Positions 29,618-38,718 of a DNA stretch of 45,822 nt are shown piece by piece. This DNA comes from a virus (Duplodnaviria > Caudoviricetes): the IMG/VR virus record IMGVR_UViG_3300017766_001602, positions 1 to 45,822 of that record; one strand, written 5' to 3'. Each line of letters opens with the position of its first letter. Position 1 is the stretch's first letter. A program made the position numbers and the translations under genes. The notes below the pieces were generated by a model. The model ran no database searches. It saw only the letters and a list, made by a program, of their open reading frames with translations, and was not told where the DNA came from.

Positions 29618-30549
29618 GTGTGCATCGCCACTGGCGGATGGTTATTCCGCACGGTCAGAATTGGAACGGCGGCGTCGGCATGGCCGATGTCTATCTCAAC
29701 GACGGCGTTGCAGATCGCATCGCTACGGTGACAGCGAATTTCACCGACTTCGGTGCTGCTGCGAACCTCATGGACAATAACGCGAGCAGCGTGTGGATCA
29801 TGAACCCGCCGACGAGCGTGCTCTCGTATCCGGCGATCCTCACGTTCGACTTCGGTGTCAGCAACGAATACGACATTACTCAGGTCCGCATCCGCGCACT
29901 CGGCTCTCCGTACTCGTCTACTCAGGCTCGCAACGCGCCTGCGTACTTCCAGCTCCAATACTCCGACGACGCGAGCACGTGGACGACCTACTTCTGGGGC
30001 GTCATGAATGCGTACTACTCGCTAGGCGGCACCGAGACCTTCAACAAGCCGACAGCAGATTTCTCTGCGGGCGCGCGCTACTGGGCGGTCATCAGCCAGC
30101 TCGCGCAGGACGGCTCCGTGCCTGTGCTCACCGAGATGGAGCTGCACGACGCATCGGGCGGCGCGGACATCACGACATCAGGCACGACGATCTGGTCTGG
30201 CTCGAACTATCCCTCGGCAGGCTTCGCCGCGTCGTTCATGGTGGACAACAGCGGCTTCACGCACTGGGCGAGCTTCTTCGAGGAGGATGCTCTGGTCCTC
30301 GATCTTTCGTCGGTGGAGGACGTGCGCGAGGTACAACTTCAGGCTTCCCTGACCGGCAGCTACTATGATAACGCGCCTACAGCCGGGTATGTTTTGCGCT
30401 CGTCTGATGGTCGGGGTTACGAGGAAGTGACTGCATGGACGCTGCCAAGCACATGGACAGCGGGCGCGCAACGGCTCATCACATGGGAAGCGGAAACCAT
30501 CCCGGCAGTGGATCAATTGAAGTGGCCTCTATTCGTGGGGGCGCTCTAG
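29614..30549 (+). CDS. Discoidin/F5-8-like double-domain protein B, paralog of A
   Basis: 311 aa; HRHWRM, FDFG, LQYSDD, ARYW...TEMEL...SGGAD. Confidence 0.6.
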   Translation: MSVHRHWRMVIPHGQNWNGGVGMADVYLNDGVADRIATVTANFTDFGAAANLMDNNASSVWIMNPPTSVLSYPAILTFDFGVSNEYDITQVRIRALGSPYSSTQARNAPAYFQLQYSDDASTWTTYFWGVMNAYYSLGGTETFNKPTADFSAGARYWAVISQLAQDGSVPVLTEMELHDASGGADITTSGTTIWSGSNYPSAGFAASFMVDNSGFTHWASFFEEDALVLDLSSVEDVREVQLQASLTGSYYDNAPTAGYVLRSSDGRGYEEVTAWTLPSTWTAGAQRLITWEAETIPAVDQLKWPLFVGAL

Positions 30550-30558
30550 GAGGAGCCA

Positions 30559-32181
30559 ATGCCGTTCAGCGCCAATGAGTGCAAGGACTGGATCAAGTCA
30601 CATGTGACGAGGATGAAGCCTCGCTCGATGCTCGATGTCGGACCCGGCGCAGGCACCTACGCCAAGTTGTTCCCGCTGATCCCGCACAAGGATGCGGTTG
30701 AAATCTGGGAGCCATATGTCGAGAAGTACGCGCTCGATAAACTCTACAGGCACGTCACCATCAAGGACATTCGCGAATATCGCGGCGTGGCATCCTACGA
30801 CGTGGTGTTCTTCGGCGACGTGCTCGAACACATGTCGAGGGAAGAAGCCGCTAGGGTCGTCAGCGACTTCAAGCCTCTTGCAAAGTACATCGTGATCTCG
30901 ATCCCCATCGGCGATTATCCGCAAGGCGAGTTCGAGGGCAATCCGCACGAGGCGCACAAGTCCACGTGGTCGGTCGAGGATGTTTTCATATCGTTCGGCA
31001 AGCCGCTCTACATGCGCGTCGAGAACAACATCGGCGCGTTCATCTACGGCGATCCCATCCCGCTCAAGATCGCCGTGTACGCGATCTGCAATGGTGAGAA
31101 GCACTTCGTCGAGCGCTTCATGAAATCATGCGAGGGCGCGGATGCCATCATCATCGGCGACACCGGATGCCCGCCTACCGATGACGCAGCGCTGGAATTC
31201 AGACGCCTCGGCGCGACGGTCTACCCGATCCACATCACACCGTTCCGGTTCGATCTGACACGCAATGCGGTCATGGCGCTGATCCCGCCAGACATCGACG
31301 TGTGCATTAGTCTCGATGTGGATGAGGTGATGGTGGAGGGCTGGCGCGAGCGCATCGAGAAGGTGTGGGAGCCCGGCGTCACGAACAATCTTTGGTATTA
31401 CTTTGACTGGGGTCACGGCATTGTCTTCCCTTACCACAAGATACACAGTCGCGCTGGCTGGCACTGGCACCACGCGTGCCATGAAGATTTGCGCCTCGAT
31501 GCTCGCATGCAGGTGCAGAACGCGCACGCCTACGAAGGCGGGGCGCTGGTTAAACATTACCCTGATCAGACCAAGAGCCGGGGTAGCTACATGGCGATCC
31601 TCGAAGCGTCAGTGAAGGAAGACCCGCACGATCCGACGCACTACTTTTATTACGCGCGCGAGCTGGTCGCCTATCAGCGTTACGACGAGGGCATTACGGC
31701 GCTCGAACGCTACCTAGAGATCAGCGGGCCGTCGTACCAGAACGAGCGCTGCTACGCGATGCGTGAGATGGCGAAGGCGTGGATGGGTAAAGGCGATCTC
31801 AGGAAGGCTGAGGGATGGGCGGCGCAGGCCGCCGCTGAAGCGCCGAACACACGCGAGCCGTGGTTCCTATTGGCCGAATTAGCATATCGCAAGAAGTCGT
31901 GGTGGGAGAGCCTTGCCTACGCGCAGCGCTGCGTTAGCATCAAAGATCGCGCGAAAGTCTACACATGCGATCCATCAGTGTGGACCGGCCAGATACATGA
32001 CTATCTCGCGCTCGCTGCGTACAACCTGAAATTCTACAATATCGCTATCGAGCACGGCAAATTGGCGATTGAGTTGTCACCGGAAGACCCGCGCTTCAAA
32101 ACCAATCTTGGGTTCTATCTAAAGGAGAAAGACGATGCAGGTAAATTACCCGATCTGCCTACGGAAGATGCTGAGGTATGA
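30559..32181 (+). CDS. SAM-dependent methyltransferase - GT2 glycosyltransferase - TPR fusion
   Basis: MLDVGPGAG (SAM motif I) and GDVLEH; KIAVYAIC, DTG, RN and SLDVDE (DxD) of a GT-A fold; C-terminal TPR-like helices; AGGAG RBS. Confidence 0.85.
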   Translation: MPFSANECKDWIKSHVTRMKPRSMLDVGPGAGTYAKLFPLIPHKDAVEIWEPYVEKYALDKLYRHVTIKDIREYRGVASYDVVFFGDVLEHMSREEAARVVSDFKPLAKYIVISIPIGDYPQGEFEGNPHEAHKSTWSVEDVFISFGKPLYMRVENNIGAFIYGDPIPLKIAVYAICNGEKHFVERFMKSCEGADAIIIGDTGCPPTDDAALEFRRLGATVYPIHITPFRFDLTRNAVMALIPPDIDVCISLDVDEVMVEGWRERIEKVWEPGVTNNLWYYFDWGHGIVFPYHKIHSRAGWHWHHACHEDLRLDARMQVQNAHAYEGGALVKHYPDQTKSRGSYMAILEASVKEDPHDPTHYFYYARELVAYQRYDEGITALERYLEISGPSYQNERCYAMREMAKAWMGKGDLRKAEGWAAQAAAEAPNTREPWFLLAELAYRKKSWWESLAYAQRCVSIKDRAKVYTCDPSVWTGQIHDYLALAAYNLKFYNIAIEHGKLAIELSPEDPRFKTNLGFYLKEKDDAGKLPDLPTEDAEV

Positions 32182-32953
32182 GGGCGGCTTCGCCAACCAT
32201 CCGCGTGATCCGGGCGGGCGCACACTCAACGGTGTGACGCAAGCCGTCTACGACGCCTACCGTCGCAAGAAGGGCAAGCCTCGCATCATCCTCACTGCTG
32301 GCCGGGCCAACGCGGCTGAGTGGCAGACGGAGATGGCCGAGATTTACGAAGGCGGCTACTGGAAGCCGGTGCACGGTGCCACGATCAATCACGGCATCGA
32401 CGGTGCGCTGTTCGACTATGCGGTCAACTCCGGCCCCGGTCGCGCGATCCGTGTCGCCCAGAAGCTCGCCGGTCGCCCGGTGACGGGACGCCTCACGCCC
32501 GACGACGTGGCTGCGATCAACAAGCGTTCGCCTGCGCAGTTCGTCGATGCGATCTGCAACGAGCGCCTTGCGTTCGTGAAGTCGCTGAAGACGTGGAGCA
32601 CATTCGGCACCGGCTGGTCTCGCCGCATCGCGGACGTGCGCCGGTACTGTGGCGATCTCGCGCGCGGCAAGAAGGCTGTGGATGCCGTCTCGCCGGTCGC
32701 CAGCGAGGGCAAGGCTCAGGTGCCTGCGAACACCGCCCAGAAGGGCACCATCGTCGCGACAGGCGGCGGCGCTGGCACAGGCGTCGGCTACCAGTTCGGC
32801 GACTGGTTCGCGGCCAACCCGACCGCCATAGCCGTCATATGTGTCGTGGCAATTGTCGGCATCGCGTTCCTGTTCTATAAGATGGACGAGATGCGGGACC
32901 GCAAGCAGAACACCCCGATGGATGTTCCGGTCGTGCCGGAGATGGCGACATGA
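32135..32953 (+). CDS. Endolysin, glycoside hydrolase family 108, with peptidoglycan-binding region and C-terminal TM helix
   Basis: EGGFANHPRDPGGRT.NGVT, FDYAVNSG, FGTGWSRR; hydrophobic IAVICVVAIVGIAFLFY. Confidence 0.9.
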   Translation: MQVNYPICLRKMLRYEGGFANHPRDPGGRTLNGVTQAVYDAYRRKKGKPRIILTAGRANAAEWQTEMAEIYEGGYWKPVHGATINHGIDGALFDYAVNSGPGRAIRVAQKLAGRPVTGRLTPDDVAAINKRSPAQFVDAICNERLAFVKSLKTWSTFGTGWSRRIADVRRYCGDLARGKKAVDAVSPVASEGKAQVPANTAQKGTIVATGGGAGTGVGYQFGDWFAANPTAIAVICVVAIVGIAFLFYKMDEMRDRKQNTPMDVPVVPEMAT

Positions 32954-33294
32954 AATCCACACTCATCATCTTGGGCCTGATGGCGTTCGTCTGGGGTCTC
33001 ATCCTCGCCTACAATCCGTTCGGTCTGCGGACGTGGATGTGGGCTGCTGCGGGCAATTCGCGCACGATGGCCGTGGGCTACTCGGCGTCGTTGATCTCTG
33101 TCCTCGACATGGCAAAGGTCATCGACTTCGAGCCGCTGATCGGCGCAAGCAACGCCGGTCGTGTCAGCGCCATCATGGCGATCACGATGATCGTCATGCG
33201 CGTGGTTACCGGCAATCTCTGCTTCAAGCCGGTTGAAGAAGACGGCGATGCGCCTACAGCCATCGCTGCGATCCAAGCCGACGACGGAGAGTGA
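32950..33294 (+). CDS. Membrane protein, putative holin
   Basis: 114 aa, 2-3 hydrophobic segments, ATGA overlap with the lysin. Confidence 0.55.
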   Translation: MKSTLIILGLMAFVWGLILAYNPFGLRTWMWAAAGNSRTMAVGYSASLISVLDMAKVIDFEPLIGASNAGRVSAIMAITMIVMRVVTGNLCFKPVEEDGDAPTAIAAIQADDGE

Positions 33295-33295
33295 C

Positions 33296-33682
33296 ATGGG
33301 TTTCCTCGCGTTCATCCTGAAAATCTTCGATCCGATCAGCGCCATCGCTGACAAGATCGCGGACTACAAGATCAAGCAACTCAATGCGACCACCGACCGT
33401 GAGAAGATCGCGGCAGGCGAGCGCGTCGATGCGCTGAACGCGAAGCGAGATGTCATGATCGCCGAGGCGGGCTCCGGCGTGAACACGTGGATGCGGGCGG
33501 CGATTGCCGCCCCTTTCATGCTCTACCTCTGGAAGCTGATCGTCTGGGACAAGATCATCATGGGCGGGCAGGTCGCCACGGACAACCTGAGCGACAAGCT
33601 CTGGGATGTCGGCATGCTGGTTTTCGGCTTTTACTTCCTGCAATCGACCGTCTCCACCGCCGTCAAATTGCTCCGGCGATAG
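33296..33682 (+). CDS. Membrane protein, holin-like
   Basis: 128 aa from ATG 33296; coiled segment then two TM segments ending FGFYF. Confidence 0.6.
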   Translation: MGFLAFILKIFDPISAIADKIADYKIKQLNATTDREKIAAGERVDALNAKRDVMIAEAGSGVNTWMRAAIAAPFMLYLWKLIVWDKIIMGGQVATDNLSDKLWDVGMLVFGFYFLQSTVSTAVKLLRR

Positions 33683-33724
33683 AGGTCTGGCGTCGGGAGT
33701 TATCCTAGTATATGTTACGTGGCT

Positions 33725-34795
33725 ATGGCTGGACCCTCGGATCAATCGCAGCAGGCCGCGCCCACAGACAGCGTGCTCTTGCAAGCCTTCACGGGGCTGA
33801 AAAACGTGGTGTCTCAGGACCGTCTGGGTCCGACCGATCTCGCGCGCGCCCAGAACATCGACCTCGATGACGTAGGTCAGCCGCGCCGCCGCAACGGCTT
33901 CGACAAGAAGAACAACGCCAACTTCCACTCCCTGTTCTCCGCGCCTGCCGAGAACCCCGTCATATGTGTCGGGGTACGCAACCGCATCCTTGTGCAGATC
34001 AAGCCGGACTACAGCTTCTACCCGCTCGACTATGCCATCGGCAACGACCCGGTGTCCTACACGCTGATCGGCACCGATCTCTATTATTCGTCCGAGAGCG
34101 CCAACGGCATCATCAACACGCAGACGCTCACACGCGCCAACTGGGGCGGCGAGGATCGCTGGCAGTCGCCGGTCGTCAATCCCACGGTGAACCTGCCGCC
34201 CATCGCCGGTCGCCAGCTCACACGCCCGCCGTTCGCCACGGCGCTCACCAATCTCAACGGACGCATCTACCTCGCGCAAGGCAAGCTGCTCTGGGCGACA
34301 CAACTGTTCGCTTATCACTTCGTGGATCGCATCTCAGGCTTCGTGCAGTTCGAGGATGAGATCACAGCCATCGCGGCAGTGACGAGCGGTCTTTACGTCG
34401 GCACCAAGTCCGGCGTTTATTTCATGAGCGGCACTTGGGGCAAAATGCGCCGCGAGCGCGTGACCAATCACGGGGGCGTTCTCCCCGGCTCGATGGTCCA
34501 CGTGCCAGCTTCGATGGTGAAGCGCCAGCTCGAACAGTCAGACCGCGAGAAGATCGCGGTGATGTTCATGACAACCACAGGTCTCTGCGTCGGCTTCGAT
34601 AACGGCGCGGTCTACAATCTCACGCAGCAGGCATTCGAATTCCCTGAGGCGCTGAGTGCTGCCGCTTTGCTTCGGCAGGCTGATGGCATGACGACGTATG
34701 TCGGCGTGCTGGATAGTGCAGGCGATCCGGGTAGTGGCGCTAGGTTCGGTGATTACGCGGACGCTGAAATCCGCAGGTTTGGAGCAAGGAGCTAA
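33725..34795 (+). CDS. Putative tail nozzle/tubular-like beta-rich protein
   Basis: FTGLKNV...AQNIDLDDVG...RRRNGF N-terminus resembles podovirus tail stabilisation proteins; start could be GTG 33719. Confidence 0.55.
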   Translation: MAGPSDQSQQAAPTDSVLLQAFTGLKNVVSQDRLGPTDLARAQNIDLDDVGQPRRRNGFDKKNNANFHSLFSAPAENPVICVGVRNRILVQIKPDYSFYPLDYAIGNDPVSYTLIGTDLYYSSESANGIINTQTLTRANWGGEDRWQSPVVNPTVNLPPIAGRQLTRPPFATALTNLNGRIYLAQGKLLWATQLFAYHFVDRISGFVQFEDEITAIAAVTSGLYVGTKSGVYFMSGTWGKMRRERVTNHGGVLPGSMVHVPASMVKRQLEQSDREKIAVMFMTTTGLCVGFDNGAVYNLTQQAFEFPEALSAAALLRQADGMTTYVGVLDSAGDPGSGARFGDYADAEIRRFGARS

Positions 34796-34799
34796 TACA

Positions 34800-35348
34800 A
34801 TGCAGCACAACGGTGTGAACTACGAAAAGAACGACGCTGGTCTTCTGCTTCCCAAGCAGGGTCTCATCGTCGGTGGCCGCTTCCTCGTCACGCATCTGCG
34901 CAAGGGGAAGATCATCAGCGAGGAGGAGTGCAAGAACCTCGTCGTCAATGAGGGTCTGAACCACATCCTCGATGTCGTCTTCAACGGCGCAACGCAGGTC
35001 AGCCCGTGGTACGTCGGCCTGTTCGAAGGCAACTATACGCCGGTTGCCGGTGTGGTCGCCTCGACCATCGCGTCGGCATCTACAGAGACCACGGCCTATG
35101 ACGAAAGCGTTCGCCAGACCTACGTCGAAGCGGCTGCTGCGTCTCAGTCCACCACGAACAGCGCATCCCGTGCGACGTTCACCTTCAACGCGACCAAGAC
35201 CATCTACGGCGCGTTCCTGATCTCGAACAGCACCAAGGGCGGCACCACCGGTACGCTGCTCGCGGCGGCGCGCTTCGGATCGTCGAAGGCTGTCGTGGAC
35301 GACGATCAGCTTCTCGTCACCTACACCTTCAACGCTTCGTCGGTGTAA
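34800..35348 (+). CDS. Putative tail structural protein
   Basis: 182 aa; NLVVNEGLNHILD, WYVGLF, TIYGAFL motifs. Confidence 0.65.
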   Translation: MQHNGVNYEKNDAGLLLPKQGLIVGGRFLVTHLRKGKIISEEECKNLVVNEGLNHILDVVFNGATQVSPWYVGLFEGNYTPVAGVVASTIASASTETTAYDESVRQTYVEAAAASQSTTNSASRATFTFNATKTIYGAFLISNSTKGGTTGTLLAAARFGSSKAVVDDDQLLVTYTFNASSV

Positions 35349-35349
35349 G

Positions 35350-36525
35350 ATGACGGTACTTGAGGACACTCTCACGGAAGGCATGGGCTTCGCTGAGGCC
35401 CTTGCCAAGATGTACAAGGGAGCGCCTGTCGCGACTGATACTCTCAGTCTCCCGATAGGTCTCTCTGCCGTCCGTGCGAAGTCCGACGTACTAACTGACG
35501 GGATCGGCATCGCACCCTCGGTGCCGGTCCTGCGCTACGCCATCAGCACGATTGTCGATGCGATCCGCATCCAGCATGCCGAGACGATCAACGGCATCTA
35601 CCGCGACACGCTGGTGGACGGCATCGGCGTCATGGCCGTGCAGGGAGCAGGCATCCCCGCAACGCTGACGGACGGTATCGGCGTCGAGCTGGCTCAGCTC
35701 ATCGCTATCGGTCAGGTGGTCACTGAAGCGCTCTACATCGAGCCGGAGATCACACCCAACACAATTCGAGGCGTCACCCTCACGCAGGGCATGCGCTTCC
35801 GCGACCTGCTCGCGCAATTCGTTGCTGCCGACATCTTGGAGACTATCGGCGTCGAGGGCGCGCTGAGCGTCGTCGGCCTGTTCTCGAAGTCGCTTGAAGA
35901 AGACATCGGTATCGAAGATGTCATCACACCCACATTCCTGATCTCGGCCACGTGCGAGGAGACCATCGGCATCGAGGACTTGGATGTCCTCACGATGATC
36001 TTCAACGGTCAGCTCGCCGAGAACATCCGCATCACTGCCGCTTATGTCGCTCCCAACGGAGGTTTCACTACATGGGCCATCAACGCAGCTACAGGTGCGG
36101 TCACGGAATATACGAACTACCAATTCAATTCGTTCGCGCAGGTTGGCGACAAGTACATCGGCGCGTCGAGCGAAGGACTGTACGAGCTGTCTGGTTCGGA
36201 CGACGACGGCGAAGACATTGTGGCCCGCATCAAAAGCGGTCTCATTCAATTGGTAGGTTCACGTTTCGTGGGCTTCAAGGCTGCGTATCTGGGCATCAGG
36301 GCGAACACGACGACAGCGCCGATCCAGTTTTACCTGAAGATCGTGACAGGCGACGGCACCGAGCGCGTCTATAACGTGCTTGCCAACAGCATGCAGACGA
36401 CCAAGGTCAACATCGGCAAGGGTGTCCGCACGCGTTACTGGTCGTTCGAGCTAGTCAGCTTCGGCGATGACTTCGATCTCGAAAGCATCGAGTTCGTACC
36501 GATGGTGGCGAACCGACGTGTATAG
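35350..36525 (+). CDS. Putative tail protein with N-terminal (D/E)T(L/I).(D/E)GIG repeats
   Basis: 391 aa; repeated DTLTEGMG, DVLTDGIG, DTLVDGIG, ETIGIED; C-domain GAVTEYTNYQFNSFA. Confidence 0.65.
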   Translation: MTVLEDTLTEGMGFAEALAKMYKGAPVATDTLSLPIGLSAVRAKSDVLTDGIGIAPSVPVLRYAISTIVDAIRIQHAETINGIYRDTLVDGIGVMAVQGAGIPATLTDGIGVELAQLIAIGQVVTEALYIEPEITPNTIRGVTLTQGMRFRDLLAQFVAADILETIGVEGALSVVGLFSKSLEEDIGIEDVITPTFLISATCEETIGIEDLDVLTMIFNGQLAENIRITAAYVAPNGGFTTWAINAATGAVTEYTNYQFNSFAQVGDKYIGASSEGLYELSGSDDDGEDIVARIKSGLIQLVGSRFVGFKAAYLGIRANTTTAPIQFYLKIVTGDGTERVYNVLANSMQTTKVNIGKGVRTRYWSFELVSFGDDFDLESIEFVPMVANRRV

Positions 36526-38665
36526 GCCCGGCTTCCAACTCCCGGCATTCTTCGGGACGGAGCTGTTCCCGAAAGAGATGCAATCGCCACCGGTCTCGCG
36601 CATCACTGTGGGTGCGCAGCTCGACCGGTGGGACAACGAGACCCTGAAGAACCTGATGGAGGAAGCGCGCCTCACGGTGCGCGATAACGCTGCCGACATC
36701 ACAACCTTCTTCAACGGTCAGCGCCAGAACGCGCATCTGGCTGGCCTGCCGCAATATCGCAAGACGAAGATACTCGGTAACTTGTATCTGGATTACATAT
36801 TCGCGAACGGCACCGAGAGCGTGTCGATCTACGTGAAGCCCGAGAGCGGCGGTCAGGAAGAAGCGCGCCGTCCGCGTGAGCGTGAAATCCTGATGGACGG
36901 CATCCTCGATGTCGAGACCGAGTTCGGCTACTGGCCCTTCCCCGGCGCGCAGGCGTTCGGCAATCCGCCTGAGCGGTGGACGCGTGGCACATCGACCGTC
37001 GCCTTCTACGATCCGTTCTATGAGCACGACAGCATCGAGAACCCGCTGATCGCCGCTGACGGCTCTGCGAGCGAGGTCGATGATCTCAGGCTCAACGTCT
37101 GGTACACGAAGTTCTCGTGGCGTGCCGAGGGCAGCGAAGACTACACTCCCGCAAACCGGCAGGGCTTCGACGAGGTGCTGCTGCTGCGCAAGGTGAGCGA
37201 TGATCCGGTAGGCAAGACTGGCATCTGGCCGGAGATGCTGTCCGGCAAAGTGTACTGGGAAGTTGAAATCCTAGAGCTGCCCGAGGCGGTGCCTGAGAGC
37301 TACACCTACATCGGCATCCCCGATGTGCCTGCATATGGTAACTCGTCCGATAGCCCGTTGCAGTATTCCATCGACGGCGTGGTCACGGTCAAATATCCGC
37401 CCGAGCTGAACACGTTCTTCAACCCGGTGATCGGCGTCGTGCCGAAATACATGAAGGACCTGTCGTTCGATAAGAAGACGCGCATGTCCTCGTCGATGAT
37501 CGGCCTAGACCCGCGCCTCAGCGAACCTCGCTCCATCGGCGCTGTGCGCACGTCGTCTGTCATGGGCGATGTCAACACCACGGCATTCGTCGAGGGTGGC
37601 ATCTACGTGGACATCTCCACCACGTCGGTCGATTACCCTGCGACCGGCAGGTACTTCGTCTGCTCGCTGAACGCTGTGGACGACCGCGTGGATGGTGAGC
37701 CCATGCCGTCCAACAGGTCGTGGGGTGTGGGCACGAAGAACTATCGTGGCAACACTGTCTTTCAGGTGATCCAGAACAACGGCTCTGTCCCGCGTGACGC
37801 AGGCGGCCCCATCAACGGCGCAGAGATCGCAACGAACAACAATCCCGGCAGCGGCACCAGCGACTATCTGGGCGGCTCGTGGTTCGGCTGGTACTCAGGT
37901 GCGCCGGTCGATTATCTCTGGCAGGCCATCGGCACCATCGGCGGGCCGCTCTACAAGCGCACGAACTTCCCATACTATCCCGGCGAGAGCGATCCGGGTG
38001 ACCGTCAAGAAATCCCCGGCTCGATACTGGTGCGTGTGGAGCACACGACCGAGGATGATACCGTCGAAGATGTGATGTACGGCGACTACGTGCAGGACCT
38101 TTTCGATGACGACGACAATTACCTTGAGACGAAAGTCGTCGTCCCCTACGGCGCGGAGATCGGTGTGCAGACGCCCGTGCTCAAAGGTCGTGGCGACTTC
38201 CTTGCGTTCTATCGTGATGGCTCACAGCCGAGCGAAGACGAGATCGAGGAGCGCGGGTTTCTCGTGCAGGGCGTCGGCGATCTCAACGACAACGGCCTCA
38301 ACTTCGCTGGCACCGGCATAGACACTGGCGTCAACCTCGGCGTGCTGGCTAGAGAAGATCGCGTCATGATCGCGGTCGATGTCCCTGAGCGCAAGATATG
38401 GTTCGGCATCAACGGCGTGTGGAAAGGCCCCGATGGGCGCGAGGTGAGGCTGGAGGACATCGCAAATGGCGAAGGCTATGCGACGAGGCTTGATGCGAGC
38501 GAGGGCGAGGAGGCAGAGTATTTCGCCGCAGCGACTGTCAAGTATGGACCCACACGCCTGCGCATGCACATGGGAGGCTCCTGCAAGCACTCACCTCCCG
38601 GTGGCTTCTTGTTCGCTGGAACAACAAAGCTACGCATCTCCGAGGGCTCAGAACCCGCCAATTGA
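36518..38665 (+). CDS. Acidic virion-module protein with split SPRY/B30.2-like domain
   Basis: SGKVYWEVEI ... IGVV ... DRVMIAVD...KIWFGINGVW ... PPGGF; probable GTG start at 36518. Confidence 0.6.
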   Translation: MYRPGFQLPAFFGTELFPKEMQSPPVSRITVGAQLDRWDNETLKNLMEEARLTVRDNAADITTFFNGQRQNAHLAGLPQYRKTKILGNLYLDYIFANGTESVSIYVKPESGGQEEARRPREREILMDGILDVETEFGYWPFPGAQAFGNPPERWTRGTSTVAFYDPFYEHDSIENPLIAADGSASEVDDLRLNVWYTKFSWRAEGSEDYTPANRQGFDEVLLLRKVSDDPVGKTGIWPEMLSGKVYWEVEILELPEAVPESYTYIGIPDVPAYGNSSDSPLQYSIDGVVTVKYPPELNTFFNPVIGVVPKYMKDLSFDKKTRMSSSMIGLDPRLSEPRSIGAVRTSSVMGDVNTTAFVEGGIYVDISTTSVDYPATGRYFVCSLNAVDDRVDGEPMPSNRSWGVGTKNYRGNTVFQVIQNNGSVPRDAGGPINGAEIATNNNPGSGTSDYLGGSWFGWYSGAPVDYLWQAIGTIGGPLYKRTNFPYYPGESDPGDRQEIPGSILVRVEHTTEDDTVEDVMYGDYVQDLFDDDDNYLETKVVVPYGAEIGVQTPVLKGRGDFLAFYRDGSQPSEDEIEERGFLVQGVGDLNDNGLNFAGTGIDTGVNLGVLAREDRVMIAVDVPERKIWFGINGVWKGPDGREVRLEDIANGEGYATRLDASEGEEAEYFAAATVKYGPTRLRMHMGGSCKHSPPGGFLFAGTTKLRISEGSEPAN

Positions 38666-38718
38666 TCCCCCGGCCCGGATCGGATAAGGTACGCCGTCAC
38701 ATGTGATCCGAGGCGACG

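Noticed and set aside
30559-31060. Methyltransferase domain as a DNA methyltransferase
   Set aside because: No DPPY/NPPY or PC catalytic motif; GDVLEH and fusion to GT2 fit a small-molecule or sugar methyltransferase
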